Positions 1 to 13,115 of a DNA stretch of 64,000 nucleotides are shown piece by piece. Below the pieces are notes generated by a model. It searched no databases. It was given only the letters and a program-made list of their open reading frames with translations, and had not been told where the DNA came from. This DNA is from Hypanus sabinus (lineage: Eukaryota), in assembly GCF_030144855.1 (NCBI RefSeq), contig NC_082717.1, positions 5,146,001-5,210,000 on the forward strand. The letters run 5' to 3'. A program made the position numbers and the translations under genes. The first letter of the stretch is position 1, and every line of letters begins with the position of its first letter.

Positions 1-1000
1 ACCACTTCTTTTTATGCTGTACATAAATAATTTAGATGATAGAATAGACGGCTTTGTTCGCCAGTTTTCAGAAGATACAAAGATTGGTGGAGGGGCAGGC
101 AGTGTTGAGGAAACAGGTATCATAAGGAAGGACAGACAGATTAGGAGAATGAGCAAGAAAGTGGCAAATAAAACACAATGTTGGAAAGTGCATGGTCATT
201 CACTTTGGCAGTAGGAATAAACATGCAGAGTCTTTTCTAAACGGGGAGAAAATCCAGGAATTTGAGATGCAGAGGGACTGAGGAGTCCTTGAACAGAACA
301 CCCTGAAGGTTAACTTGCAGGGTGACTCCATGCTGAGGAAGGAAAATGGCATTTTAGTATTCATTTCAAGAGGTCTAGAATACAAGAGCAAGGATATGAT
401 GCTGAGGATTTATAAGGCACCAGTGAGGCCTCACCTTGAGTATTGTGAACAGTTTTGATCCCTCATCTAGGAAAATATGTGCTTGCATTGGAGAGGGCCT
501 GGAGTAGGATTCCAGGATTCAGAGGCATTCCAGGAATGATTCCAGGAGTGAAAGAGTTATCACATGAGGAACATTTGATGGCTCTGGGTCTGTCCTCACT
601 GGAATTCAGAAGAATGAGGGGGATCTCATTCAAACCTTTCGAATGTTGAGAGGGCTAGACAGAGCAGATGTGCTAAGGATGTTTCCCATGGTGGGAAAGT
701 CTAGGACAAGAGGACACAGCCTCAGGATAGAAGGGTGCCCTTTCAAAACAGAGATGCTGAGAAATTTCTTCAGCCAAAGGGTGGTGATTTTCTGGAATTT
801 GTTGCCACATCCAGCTGCGGAGTCCAGGTCATGGGGTGTATCTAAGGCAGAGATTGATAACATCAAACGTTACGGGAGAAGGCCCGGAACTGGAGTTGAG
901 GAGTAGATACAAAAAAGGATCAGCTATGATTCTATGGCAGAGCAGACCTGATGTGCCAAATGGCCTCATTCTGCTCCTTTGTCTTCTGGTCTTAATGGTA
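1..1000 (+). mobile_element. CR1 LINE, 3' part (RT C-terminus and 3' UTR), degraded
   Basis: LYINNLDD..TKIGG, then YKALVRPHLEYC-like and SRTRGHSLRIEG..FFSQRVV motifs across frameshifts, followed by a CR1-type 3' UTR. Confidence 0.9.
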
Positions 1001-1085
1001 TTGAATAGCAAAATCGAAACAACAGGTTTGATTGGTCAGATAATTTGAAGTGACTACATTTTAATGTTTGCAGTATTATGGGTAG

Positions 1086-1828
1086 AAACATGGAAACATG
1101 GAAAACATACAGCAGCATACAGGCCCTTCAGCCCTCAATGCTGTGCTGAACATGTCCTTACCTTAGAATACCTGGGCTTTATTCGTAGCCGTCTATTTTT
1201 CTAAGCTGCATGTAGCCTTCCAGGAGTCTCTTAAAAAGATTCTATCGTTTTTGCCTCCATCACTGCCGCCTGTAGCCCAATCCACGCACTCACCACTGTC
1301 TGTGTAAGGTACTTACCCCTAATATCTCCTCTGTACCTACTTCCAAGCACCTTCAAACTATACCCTCTTGTGCTAGCCATTTCAGCCCTGGGGCAAAGCG
1401 TCTGACTATCCACACAATCAAGTCACCTCTCATCACCCCAAGGAGAAAAGACCGAGTTCCCTCAACCTATTCTCATGAGCTGTGCTCCCCAATCTAGGCA
1501 ACATCCTTGTAAATCTCCTCTGCATCCTTTCTATGGTTTCCACATCTTTCCTATAGTGAGGTGACCAGAATTGATCACAATACCCCAAGTGTGGTCTGAC
1601 CAGGTTCCTATATAGCTGCAGCATTACCTATCAGCTCCTAAACTCAATCCAACGATTGATGAAGGCCAATGCACCGGATGTCCTCTTAAACACAGAGTCA
1701 ACCTGCATAGCAACTTTGAGTATCCTATGTCCTGTGACCCCAAGATCTCTCTGATCCTCCACACTGCCAAGAGTCTTATCATTAATGCTATGTTCTACCA
1801 TCATACTTGACCTACCAAAGTGATCCAC
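1086..1828 (-). mobile_element. CR1 3' fragment with (CATGTTTC)-like tail
   Basis: ORFs 1231-1413 and 1433-1624 (LVRPHLGYCDQFWSPHYRKD); gaaacatg repeats at 1086-1105. Confidence 0.9.
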
Positions 1829-1834
1829 GGTGAA

Positions 1835-4650
1835 AAAGATGAGCTCAGAGCACGGATCAGTGCATGGAACTACAATATTGTAGTCATTACTGACACTTGG
1901 TCAAGAGAGGAGTAGAAATGGGTGCTCAATGCGCTAGATTTTTGAAGTTTTAGGAAAGATTGAGTAGGAGGGAAAGGAATAGGGTGGAGTGTGTGTAGCA
2001 CTACTAATCAGGGACCAAACGTTCACTGTGTCCATTTGGGTGGAACTCAGGAATAGGAAGGGTGTGATCACACTGATGGGATTGTTCAACAAATCCCCCT
2101 AATATTCACTGGATATTGAGCAGCCAAAATCCAATCAGATTCAGGAAATATTTAAAAATAATAAGGTTGTTCTCTTGGGGATTACAACTTCCCTAATAAA
2201 AACTGAGACCTTCTTGCTGCAAGGGGTGTTGATGCAGCAGAATCTGTTAACCATATCCAAGAAGGTTTCTTAAATCAGAATGTGGATGGTCGGAAGAGAG
2301 AAGGGGTTGTACTGGACCTGGTGTTGGGTAATGAACCTGGCCAGGTGACTGACCTTTCAGTGGGTGAGCAGTAAGGGAATGGTGATCAGAAATCCTTAAC
2401 TTTCAGGATAGTAATTGAGAAGGGTAAGGATTGGAGTAGGGCAAATTATAAGTGCATTAGGCAGGAACTAAAAAGCATTAACTGGGAACGTATCTGACAT
2501 GTGGAGGGAGTTTAAAGAACAATTGCACACAGTACAGGAATGGTATGCTCCTGTTATAAGGTTGGATAGGGATTTAGAGATAAGAGAACCTTGGATGCCC
2601 TGGGAAGTGATGAATTTAGTCATGAAGTAAAAGAAAAAGTATGTATCACTTTGGAAGCTAGGATCAAGGGAAGCACAGGAGGAATATAAAGAATCCAGAA
2701 AAGAACTACAGAAGGGAATTAGGAAGCCCAGGAGGGGACATGAAAAGTCCTTGGCAAACAGGATTAAGGTGAAACCCAGGCATTCTAGAACAAGAGGATA
2801 ACTAGGGAGAGGGTGGGACCACTCAAAGATAAAGCGGGGTGGGGGAGACATTTGCTTGGATGTAGGGAATGAATGAAGTACTTAATGAGTACCTTGCTTC
2901 AATATTTACCAAGGAAAAGAATATGGAGGATTGATAGATCTGTGCTGAGTGTATACATGCATTATGGTGTTTAGAAGTCAAGGAGGAGGAAGTCTTGGGC
3001 CTCCTAAGGAGTATTAAGATGAATAAATCTCTAGGGTCTGATGGGATTTACCCGAGGTTATTAAAGGAGGCAAGAGAAAAGATTTCTGGGCCCTTGAACA
3101 GTATCTTCATGTCCTTATTTGCCACCGGCAAGATCCCGGTGGACTGTCATGTGGCTAATGGTGTACCTATATTTAAGAAGGGAACAAAGGAAAATCCTGG
3201 GAACTATAGACCAGTGAGTCTCAGGTCACCTGTAGGGAAAATGCTGGAGAAAATTCCGAGAGAGAGGATATATGAGCATTTGGAGGCCCATGACCTAATT
3301 AAGCAGACCCTGCTTGGCTTTGTGCAAAATAGGTTGTGCCTGATGAATTTGACAGAGTTTTTTTACAAGGTGACAAGAGGGATTGATGAGGGTAGGGCAG
3401 GGGATGTTGTACGCATGGATTTTAACCATACAACCATACAACAATTACAACATGGAAACAGGTAATCTCGGCCTTTAGTCTGTGCCAAACGCTTACTCTC
3501 ACCTAGTCGCACCAACCTGCACTCAGCCCATAACCCTCCATTCCTTTCCTGTCCATGTACCTATACAATTTTACTTTAACTGACAATATCAAACCTGCCT
3601 CTACCACTACTACTGGAAGCTCATTCCACACAGCTACAACACTCTGAGTAAAGAAGTTCCCCATTGTGTTACCCCTAAACTTTTGGCCCTTAACTCTCAA
3701 CTCATGTCCTCTTGTTTGAATCTCCCCTACCCTCAATGGAAAAAAGCCTATCCATGTGAATTCTATCTATCCCCCTCATAATTTTCAATACCTCTATCAA
3801 GTCACCCCTTAACCTTCTATGCTCCAAAGAATAAAGACCTAACTTGTTCAACCTTTCTCTGTAACTTAGGTGCTGAAACCCAGGTAACATTCTAGTAAAT
3901 CTCCTCTGTACTCTCTCTACTTTGTTGACATCTTTCCCATAATTTGGTGACCAGAACTGTACACAATACTCCAAAGTATTGTATTTGAGTAAGGTATTTG
4001 ACAAAGTCCCTCATAGGAGGTTAATTCAGAAGATTCAGTTACATGGAGGCTGCGGCAAATTGATTGTTCGGTTTCAGAACTGGCTTGTGCATGCAAAACA
4101 GAGGGTTACAGTTGAAGAGACTTATTCAAGCTGGAGACTTTGTGTTCTGCAGGATCTGTGCTGCGATCTCTGCTATTTGTGATGTATATAAATGACTGGG
4201 ATGAAAATGTAGATGTGTGGGATAGTAAGCTTGCAGATGATACCAAGATTGGTGGGGTTGTGGATCGTGTGAAAGTCTGGCATATAATATAGTGCAATAT
4301 AGATCAATTGCAGATATGCACTGAGAAATGGCAGATGGAGTTTAACACAGATAAATGTGAAGTGTTGCACCTTAGTAGGTCAAATGCAAGGAGGCAATAC
4401 ACAGGAGACAGGGAGTGTCTGTTTTCTAGAGTTGAAATATCTAATAAAAGAGGGTGAGATGAGGTAGGTTCAAGGGTGATGTGAGGGATCAATTTTTTAC
4501 TCAGAGAGTGGTGAGTGTCTGGAATGTACTGCCTGGTATGGTGGAAGAGGCAAATACATTAGAGGCTTTTAAGAGACTTTTGGATAAGCAGATGGATGTC
4601 AGGAAAATGGAGGGATATTGACATTGTGTCAGCAAAATGGATTAGTGTTT
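1835..4650 (+). mobile_element. CR1 ORF2 fragment (endonuclease to RT to 3' end), split by a younger CR1 3' fragment
   Basis: DELRARISAWNYNIVVITDTW at the start; GNYRPVSL in ORF 2995-3465; reading MDF at 3416-3423 resumes as SKVFDKVPH at about 3988. Confidence 0.88.
3424..3975 (-). mobile_element. CR1 3' fragment nested in the previous CR1
   Basis: ORFs 3503-3736 and 3702-4004 ([22 protein letters not shown]); aaccatac tail repeats. Confidence 0.9.
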
Positions 4651-4654
4651 GGTT

Positions 4655-5000
4655 TTTTTGATTTGCTTTTTAGCTGGTTCAGTGCAACATTGTGGGCTGA
4701 ATGGCCTTCTCCTGCACTGTGCTGTTTTTTGTTCTATCTTTCTCACCACTGATGTGAGGCTCACCAGCCAGTGATTTCCTGGTTTATTCTTAGAGCATTT
4801 CTTGTACAGTGGTACCTCACCTGTAGCTAAGGATGATTTAAATACATTGGCTAGGGACCCTGCAATTTCTGCACTTCCCTCCACAGGGTCTGTGGGTACG
4901 CCATGTCGGTCCCTGGGGATCTGTCCACCCTAACTTGCCCCAAGACAGCAAACATGTCCTCCCCTGTAATCTGTATATTGCCCATGACCTCGCTGCTGCC
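4655..5000 (-). mobile_element. CR1 ORF2 internal fragment
   Basis: EIAGSLANVFKSSLATGEVP..PGN..VSLTSVV. Confidence 0.8.
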
Positions 5001-5284
5001 CCATACAGATTACAGAGGGAGTGTTTATGCTCCTGTTCTCTGTGACTGTACTTGAATATTCTGTGATTGCACTTGGTTACAATGAGTAGGTCTCAGCCGA
5101 CCCTCATTCTGTTGTGGAGACATGGAATGGTCACATTTTGCAGGAGAGTGCTGCATCTTCTGAAGACCATGGCTGGTCAGCTGGACTGACAAAATCTTGT
5201 GCTCAGACAAGTTAAGAGAAGAAATGAAGATTCATTAACAAAATTGAGTGACACATGCAAGTTTCATAACAGATATTGGATTCA

Positions 5285-5380
5285 GACTTCAATTATTTAC
5301 ATTGGAGATACACGACTACAGATTCTGGAATGTCGAGCAACAAACAATCTGGGAGGAACTCAGTGAGTCGAGCAGTCTCT
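5285..5380 (-). repeat. Short Penelope-associated terminal repeat fragment
   Basis: Reverse complement resembles the gatgctgcctggcctgctgagttcctcca motif at 58106-58134 and 61125-61165. Confidence 0.5.
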
Positions 5381-5924
5381 GTGGAGGGTGGAGGGGAGAT
5401 AGAATCGTTCTTGTTAACAATTGTTGCTTCCCCACCAGTTGTTAGAAGACTGAGGAGATAATGAAGAACTAGAATGTTGGTGGGACTGGAGCCCTACAGC
5501 AAAACTTGCTGTGAGGAAGGAAGTTTGGTAAGTGCTTACAGATACTGTGCAAGCTAAAGGGAGTTTGTCTGACAGTAATGCAGAGATGTGGTCAAGCAAG
5601 AGGAAAGCAAATGAGAACATGATGACTCTACACATTGCTTTGCAGTAAAATTGGGAAATTGAAGGCGAAAGGGTTTTGCAAATACATTGTGAAGAACATA
5701 GTGATAACCTCCTGTGTGAGTCCTGGACACACAGTAAAGCAAAGGGTTACAGAGCTGGCCTTTCAACCATCTTGTACATCCTGACCACATTGCCAATCTA
5801 CACCAATCACATTTCCATGCATTGGATCCCTATCCTTTAGCATCTTTCTTATCCAAGCACCTGTTCAAATGTCTTAAATGTTATAATTCTACATTCTGCA
5901 CCATCTCCGGTGGCAGCTTGTTCA

Positions 5925-6100
5925 AGTTTACGTTTATTGACATCTGACTATACAGGTATACAACTAAATGAAACAATGTTCCTCTGGACCATGGTGCATT
6001 CACAAAACACATATCGCACACAGCAAATAAACCACAATGTTAGCATCAATACATTAATAAAATATCATTCAGAATGCATGTAGAGTACAGCACAGGGAAG
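5925..6100 (-). mobile_element. Rex1/Babar-type LINE 3' tail
   Basis: Similar to the 3' tail of the Rex copy at 48057-48200 (tttattg..aaacaatgtt..ggaccatggt). Confidence 0.55.
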
Positions 6101-6104
6101 AACA

Positions 6105-6820
6105 TATGAATGTAGGATATATGAGCAGGACTAGACATCCGGCCCATTGACCCTGCCCCGCCATTTAATAAGATCACGGCTGATCTATCCGTAAACTCAG
6201 CTCCATCTACTTGCCTTTTCCCTGTATCCCTTAATTCCCTTACTATGTAAAAACCTATCTAACTTTTTCTTAAATATATTGAGTGAAGAAGCCTCAACTG
6301 CTTCCCTGAGCAGAAAATTCAACAGATTCACCACTCTCTGGGAAAAACAGTTTCCCCTCATCTCCATCCTAAATATTCTTCCCTGAATCTTGAGGCAATG
6401 TCCCCTAGTTCTAGTCTCACCAGCCAATGGAAACAACTTTCCTACTTCTGTCCTATCTATTCCTTTCAAAATGTTGTATGTTTCTATAAGATCCCCTCTC
6501 ATTCTTCTGAACTCCAGGGAGTATAGTCACAGGAAACTCAATCTCTCCTCATAGGTTAACCCCTTCATCCCTGGAATCAATCTGGTGAATCTTCTCTGCA
6601 CTGCCTCCAAAGCCAATATATCCTTCCTCAAGTATGGAGACCAGAACTGCACACAGTACTCCAGGAGTGGCCTCACCAGTCCCCTGTATAGTTGCAGCAT
6701 GACCTCCCTGCTCTTGAATTCAATCCCTCGAGCAATGAAGGCCAATAATCCATTTGCCTTCTTGATAACCTGTTGTACCTACAGTTTAACTTTTTGTGAT
6801 CTAACTTATTGTACCTGTTA
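6105..6820 (-). mobile_element. CR1 3' fragment
   Basis: ORFs 6197-6502 and 6527-6745 (MAFIARGIEFKSREVMLQLYRGLVRPLLEYC). Confidence 0.92.
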
Positions 6821-8740
6821 GCCAACTTATTGAGATTGTAAACAATAAACAGTCCACTGTCCTAGTGATGAGACATCGGGGTGACACATCAGTAGTCTCA
6901 CAACCTGAGGGAAGAAGCTGTTACCCAGTCTGACGGTCCTAGTCCTGATGCTCCTGTACATCCTTCCTGATGGCAGTGAGTCAGAGATTGTGGGTTGGGT
7001 GGTGGAGTCCCTTAATGGTGCTTCAGGTCTTTTGTCCACAATGCTCTTGTTAAATATGCAAGCAGAGCAGTGTGATATGTAGAGCAAGCTGCTGCACGTG
7101 TATCAGTCTCCCCATCTCCACATCGTATGTACACGATGTATAGAATGCCTTGGGTTTCCCTTTAATCTTCCTTGTCAAAGACTTTTCATGGCCCTTTATG
7201 GCTCTCCTCATCCTCTTCTTGAATTCTTCTCCACGTTCTTTATAATTGTCAAGGTTTTTGTTTGATGTTAGTTCCTTACCCATGATGTACTGGGCCGATC
7301 CATTACCATTTGTAGGATTTATCTTTCAAAGGCATTCGTGTTTCCATACCAGACTGTGATATAGCCTGTAATCAATATACTGTCCACTACACATCTGTAG
7401 AAGTTTGCCAAGTTTTTGATGTTATGTCGAATTTCTGTAGATTCCTAACGAAGTAGAGGTTCAGCCTTGCTCTCCTCACAAATACACTTAATGTGATGGG
7501 TCCAGGAGAGGTCCTCTGAAATGATAACACTAAGGGGTTTAAAGCTGCTAACCATCTCCACCTCTGATTGTCCAGTGAGGACTGGTTCATGGACTTCTGG
7601 TTTCCCTCTCCTGAAGGCTACACTCAGTTCTTTGGTCTTGTTAACATTGAGTGAGAGGTTGTTGCTATGACACCACTTAGCCAGATTGTCAGTCTCCCTC
7701 CTGCACGCTGGTTCGTTTGGTACAGCCCACAAGAATGATGTCATCAGCAGAATTAAATATGGCTCTGCAGCTGTTCTTAACCACACAGTCATAGGTGTAA
7801 AGCAAGCAGAACCGGTGACTACACACTCTCATGGAGGAGATGTTTTTGCCAATCTGAACTGATTGGGGTCTAGAAATGGGGAAATCTAATTGCAAAAGCT
7901 GGTTGTGAGGCCAAGGATTGCAGCTTATTGATTACTTTTGAGGGCATGGTGGTATTAAATGCTGAGCTGTAATTGAGAAAGGTCATACTGATGTATGCAT
8001 CTTTGCTGTCCAAATGTTCCAGGGTTGTGTGAAGAGCCAATGAGACAGCATCTGCTCTGGACATGTTGCTCCTCTCAAAACACTTCATCACTGCGGATGT
8101 AAATGTATCTAAGTGGTAGTTACTGAGACAGGTCAGCACTCTCTTCTTGGGCACTGATATAATTGAAGCCTGCTTGAAGCAGGTGGATGCCACATGCTGC
8201 TGAAGCGAGAGGTTAAAGAGATCGGTGAACACACCAGCCAGCTGGTCACACAGGTTGTCAGTACATGACCAGGTACCCCGTCCATTCCAGATGTTTATTT
8301 GGATTTACTCTCCTGAAGGCTGCCTGCACATCAGCTGCAGATACTGAAATCAAAGGATCATCAGGAGCTGTGGGGGCTCGCATGTACTGATGGCCAAAGT
8401 GGGCACAAAGAGTTTGAGCTCCTCTGGAAGTGATGCCCCACTGTACCCGACCTTGCTTCGTTTAACTTTGTAGGAAGTTATAGCATTCACACCCTGTCAA
8501 GCATCCCTCGATGATCTCTGTTTGCTCTAGAATTTTGTTTTGCCTGTGAGATCACTTTCCAGAGATCATACCTGCTCCTCTTCTAGCTTCCCTGGTCTCC
8601 AGACCTAAATGCATCTAATCTGGCCGTCATCAAATTTCAGATTTCATGGTTCACCCAGAGCTTCTGATTGGGGAAGACTGAACTATTGAAACCCTGCTGG
8701 TTTCCTTGGCTGTGTAAGTCCAGGGAAGACACACTCCAGT
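6820..8740 (-). mobile_element. Rex1/Babar LINE fragments, with a small CR1 piece at about 7110-7300
   Basis: RTRTVRLGNSFFPQVVRLL, WCHSNNLSLNVNKTKEL, CFKQASIISVPKK..CLSNY, FPNQK.WVNHEI motifs. Confidence 0.82.
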
Positions 8741-8869
8741 CCTGCTAAACCTGTGAGACTGAGACAGCTCTCCCACCCCAAACCCCGGTTTTTGTGGATG
8801 CTGTGTAATTTTCTACCCTGTTACAGGTCAGTGCCAAGAAACAACAGACAGCACACTGCAAACAATTAA

Positions 8870-9045
8870 GAACATAAAAACATAAGAAATATGAGCAGGT
8901 GTAGGCCATCCGGACCTTCGAGCCTGCCCTGCCATTCAATAAGATCATGGCTGATCTGTCCGTAAACTCAAATCCATCTGCCTGCCTTTTCCCCATAACC
9001 CTTAATTCCCTACTATGTAAAAATCTATCTAACTGTTTCTTAAAT
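8870..9045 (-). mobile_element. CR1 3' end
   Basis: KKQLDRFLHS..; aagaacataa tail repeats. Confidence 0.85.
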
Positions 9046-9877
9046 TTATTTACTATATACTTTGTATAAGTATCTAAAATATACTTTGTTCTATACAATC
9101 AAACGAGGGTATTAATATCTGAAAGTAGCAAGGAAGCGAATGTTCAAATATAAGAATGCTTGTGCATTCACATAAATAAAATGTGTTCACGAGAAACAAG
9201 CACTGATTGCAAGAAAACAAGTCATTTATCTTGACTAAAAAGGTAATTCGAACACTTGAAACCAGTCAAAAAAAAAGATGAAAGCAACTGTGAATGCAAG
9301 GAATCTTGCAAACATGAAATAAATTAGACATGGGACTGTTCTTCACTGGAGTTTTTGTCAGAAGATGAAACAGCACATTATATCTGCTACTGAAGAAAGA
9401 GGAAAAACAGGTTTCGGGCAGAGTACAGCCAAAAGATTTTTTATGTAAGAAGAATTTTCAAAGTGATACAGTGTATCTCATTATTTGTGCGTGATGTTTC
9501 AAGTTGTGGCTTTCGGAGCTATAAAGAGTAATATAGAGTAAAGAGCAAGGGACAATGTTCAGGCAGACCAATTGCTTTTGCTCTGTGAAAGAAATTAGGC
9601 TCAAATGGAGAAAGAAATAATTTGAATGGAGTTATCTTTTGAATGAAAAGTTTCAGAATTTCCTATTTGGAAGACATTTCCCTAGGCCAGATGCTAGACA
9701 TCTGAGTTGGCAATTTTTAGTTCTATATCTGCAAAATGACAATGAAAGCATCCCTAATTTATTAGAAGCTTAAGGAGATTCAACATGTCATTCAAGACTC
9801 TGACAAGCTTTTACGGAACTGATATGAAGGACCCTAATCCTAGCTCAGACTATATTTTCCTCAGCTTGCACAGATGT

Positions 9878-10265
9878 TGTTACAACACACACATAATTAA
9901 AGGAATTATATTTATGAAACTTATTTAAGAGGATAGTAAAGAAAATAAAGGAAAAAGGAACAAAAAGGGCCCATTGTAATTAAACAGTTGAACGTGAACC
10001 AGTTGGAGCTCATTTCACCAGTCCTCAGTCAATCTCGACGTCTGGCTCCATCGAGTCACAATCTCCACAACAAATCATATCCTAGGACAGTTCTCTCCAG
10101 TGTCTTCTCTGTTCATCTCCCACTGAACAGAGAACCCAGGTCATATTCCAAAGCACCCGTTATCTCTCACCATAACCCAACCACTGCTTCTACAGAAAGG
10201 CCATTACAATAGGCTATTTACTGAGGACACACCCATCTTCAGCTATTTTAATGAAGTCTGTCACA
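9878..10265. mobile_element. Putative solo LTR
   Basis: TGTTA...TCACA termini; shares an A-rich block and gttggagctca with the LTR at 58412-59030; no clean TSD. Confidence 0.45.
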
Positions 10266-10444
10266 ATCCTGGTGTATTCTCTCCAAACAACAGTTGAGTG
10301 CCTGAACACTTATAAAGCCCTTCCAAGCAATGAGCACATCTGCTGTATATGAAAGCAACATCCATCATCAGACTTAGATATACAAAATTTAAATTCCCAA
10401 TTCAAAGTTCATTCGTCCATTGTTGTTAATGCTCTTCACACAAA

Positions 10445-10950
10445 CCATAAGACCGTAAAACACAGAAGAATTAGGCCACTGAGCCCCTCTTGTCTGCTCT
10501 GCCATTCCATCATGGCTAATCCCAGACCCCAGTAAAGCCCCAGACACCTGCCTTCTCGCTATATCCTTTGATGCCCTGACCTATCAGGAAATCATCAACT
10601 TCCGCCTTAAATATACCCATGGACTTGGTGCTACCACAGACTGTGGCAGAGCAATCCACGGATGCAATTCTCTGGCGAAGAAAATTCCTCTTTACCTCTG
10701 TGCTAAATGGTTGCCCCTAAATTTTGAGGCTGTGCCCTCTAGTTTTGTATACCAGCACCATAGGAAACATCCTCACCCCATCCACCCATGTTGTCCGTTC
10801 AGCATTCGGAAGGTTTCAATGAGATTCGTCCCCACATTTTTCTAAATTCCACTGAGTATAGGCACAAAACAGCCACACCTCCTCATATGTAACACCTTCA
10901 TTCAAGGAATCATCCTTGTGAACCTCCTCTGGAGTCTGTTCAATAACAAA
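10445..10950 (-). mobile_element. CR1 3' fragment
   Basis: accataagacc tail and antisense RGHSLKI motif. Confidence 0.85.
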
Positions 10951-10959
10951 ACATATTTT

Positions 10960-11868
10960 ATAGACAATAGACAATAGGTGCAGAAGTAGACCATTCGGCC
11001 CTTCGAGCCTGCACTGCCATTCTGAGATCATGGCTGATCATCTACTATCAATACCCGGTTCCTGCCTTGTCTCCGTATCCCTTGATACCCCTATCCATCA
11101 GATACCTATCTAGCTCCTTCTTGAAAGCATCCAGAGAATTGGCCTCCACTGCCTTCCAAGGCAGTGCATTCCAGACCCCCACTACTCTCTGGGAGAAGAA
11201 GTTTTTCCTTAACTCTGTCCTAAATGACCTACCCCTTTTTCTCAAACCATGCCCTCTGGTACTGGACTCTCCCAGCATCTGGAACATATTTCCTTTCTCT
11301 ATCTTGTCCACTCCCTTAATAATCTTATATGTTGCCATCAGATCCCCTCTCAATCTCCTTAATTCCAGCGTGTACAAGCCCAGTCTCTCTAACCTCTCTG
11401 CATAAGACAGTCCGGACATCCCAGGATTTAACCTTGTGAATCTACGCTGCACTTCCTCTACAGCCAGGATGTCCTTCTGTAACCCTGGAGACCAAAACTA
11501 TACACAATACTCCAGGTGTGGTCTCACCAGGGCCCTGTACAAATCAAAAGGATTTCCTTGCTCTTGTACTCAATTCCCTTGTAATAAAGGCCAACATTCC
11601 ATTAGCCTTCTTCACTGCCTGCTGCACTTGCTCATTCACCTTTGGTGACTGATGAACAAAGACTCCTAGATCTCACTGTATTTTTCCCTTATCTAACTCT
11701 ACACCGTTCAGATAATAATCTGCCTTCCTGTTCTTACTCCCAAAGTGGGTAACCTCACACTTATTCACATTAAACGTCATCTGCCAAGTATCTGCCCATT
11801 CACTCAGCCTATCCAAGTCACCCTGAATTCTCCTAACATCCTCATCACATGTCACACTTTTCTGAGTT
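10960..11868 (-). mobile_element. CR1 3' fragment
   Basis: ORF 11048-11452 (RRFTRLNPGM..RRLRGDL..FFSQRVV); tagacaa tail. Confidence 0.92.
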
Positions 11869-12122
11869 TTGGGGATGAAAATTGTTGAAGTACTGCAAGT
11901 GTGACCTGACTAGTGTCTTATTAAGGCTCAACTTTATCTCCTTGCTTTTATATTTTATTCCCCTTGTCCACAATATTGTTCCTTTTACCAAAACGCATTA
12001 TCATACATTTCCCAACACCATATTTCATCTGCCACTTTTTGCCCATACTTCCAATTTGTCTTCGTCTTTCTTAAATTGCATTGCTTCCTCAGCACTACTT
12101 ACCCCTACAACTATCTTTATAT

Positions 12123-12878
12123 TGTTATGTTCCAGCAGCAATACGCCACAAACTGAGTCAGGTTTCAATGTTAAACACCTATATTTTTATCATCTACACA
12201 AAATACAGAAAATTAAACAGGCTACTCTCCTAAACAGAAGTTAACAGCGTTATGTGTTTGTAGCTCCCAAACTGTCAAGCTTAGGAGCAGTTCTTCACAA
12301 ATATTACTCAACACAATCTTAGGATGGCAATCTAGAAATTTCCAATAATCCGTGGAATAGGTGAGGAGAGAAACTTGTAAATCCACATTAAAGTGCAACG
12401 AGGAGGCAATGACAAAGATTTCTGAAGGTTCTACGCTGGGAAAACAAGGTAACAGTCAGAGAAGATCTCAGCCGACGAGTAGGGACTCAAAATCCACTTA
12501 GAGATATCAGAAGGTGACAGTCAAGGAATATTCCTTAGCACAAATGGTCACCACATAACACGCCCAAATCCATGTAAGGGTTAACAAAAAGTGGTCGCCA
12601 CAGAATACTCCAGAAATCCATGTATGCATCATATGAAGTGACTGTATCCAATATGTACTGAGTGCTGCTAATTATCACAATCCTCTGGGCATGGGGAAGT
12701 GTTACACTTGCCCATTGCTGTAGCGAGTTCTCCCGCTGGTAACTTGCAGTCCGAGCTCTTAGCTCTCTGCTGAATATCCCAGCAACCTCTCAGCATTTTG
12801 TTAAACTGGCATTATCCACCTGCCTCGTGCAAGCATTTAAAGTGGTGCTCACAGAGAAAAAAACGTTGACCCATAACA
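12123..12878 (-). promoter_or_regulatory. 3' LTR of the Gmr1-like element
   Basis: TGTTA...TAACA termini; direct repeat of 21162-21921 (about 85-88% identical by eye); preceded on the minus strand by PPT GGGAGAGG (12879-12886). Confidence 0.93.
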
Positions 12879-13115
12879 CCTCTCCCAAATAGAGAAAACT
12901 TTGATCTGTAAAAGCAAAATCTCAACTACAAACTACAATATGTGAAGCAATACATACTGTATACAATTACCATATGGTGCACTACAGACTAATATTACAT
13001 GTTGCAGGAGTGTATACGAATATCAAATTCCATTGCACTATCGAAAGTACATTGCAAGCTGGAAAGACAGTCGGCAGTTATATTATCCCTGCCTTTAATG
13101 TGAGTTATCATGAGG

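Noticed and set aside
5439-5533. Exon-like segment with an AG acceptor and a GTAAGT donor
   Set aside because: Stops occur in all three frames and there is no recognisable homology, including to nAChR exons
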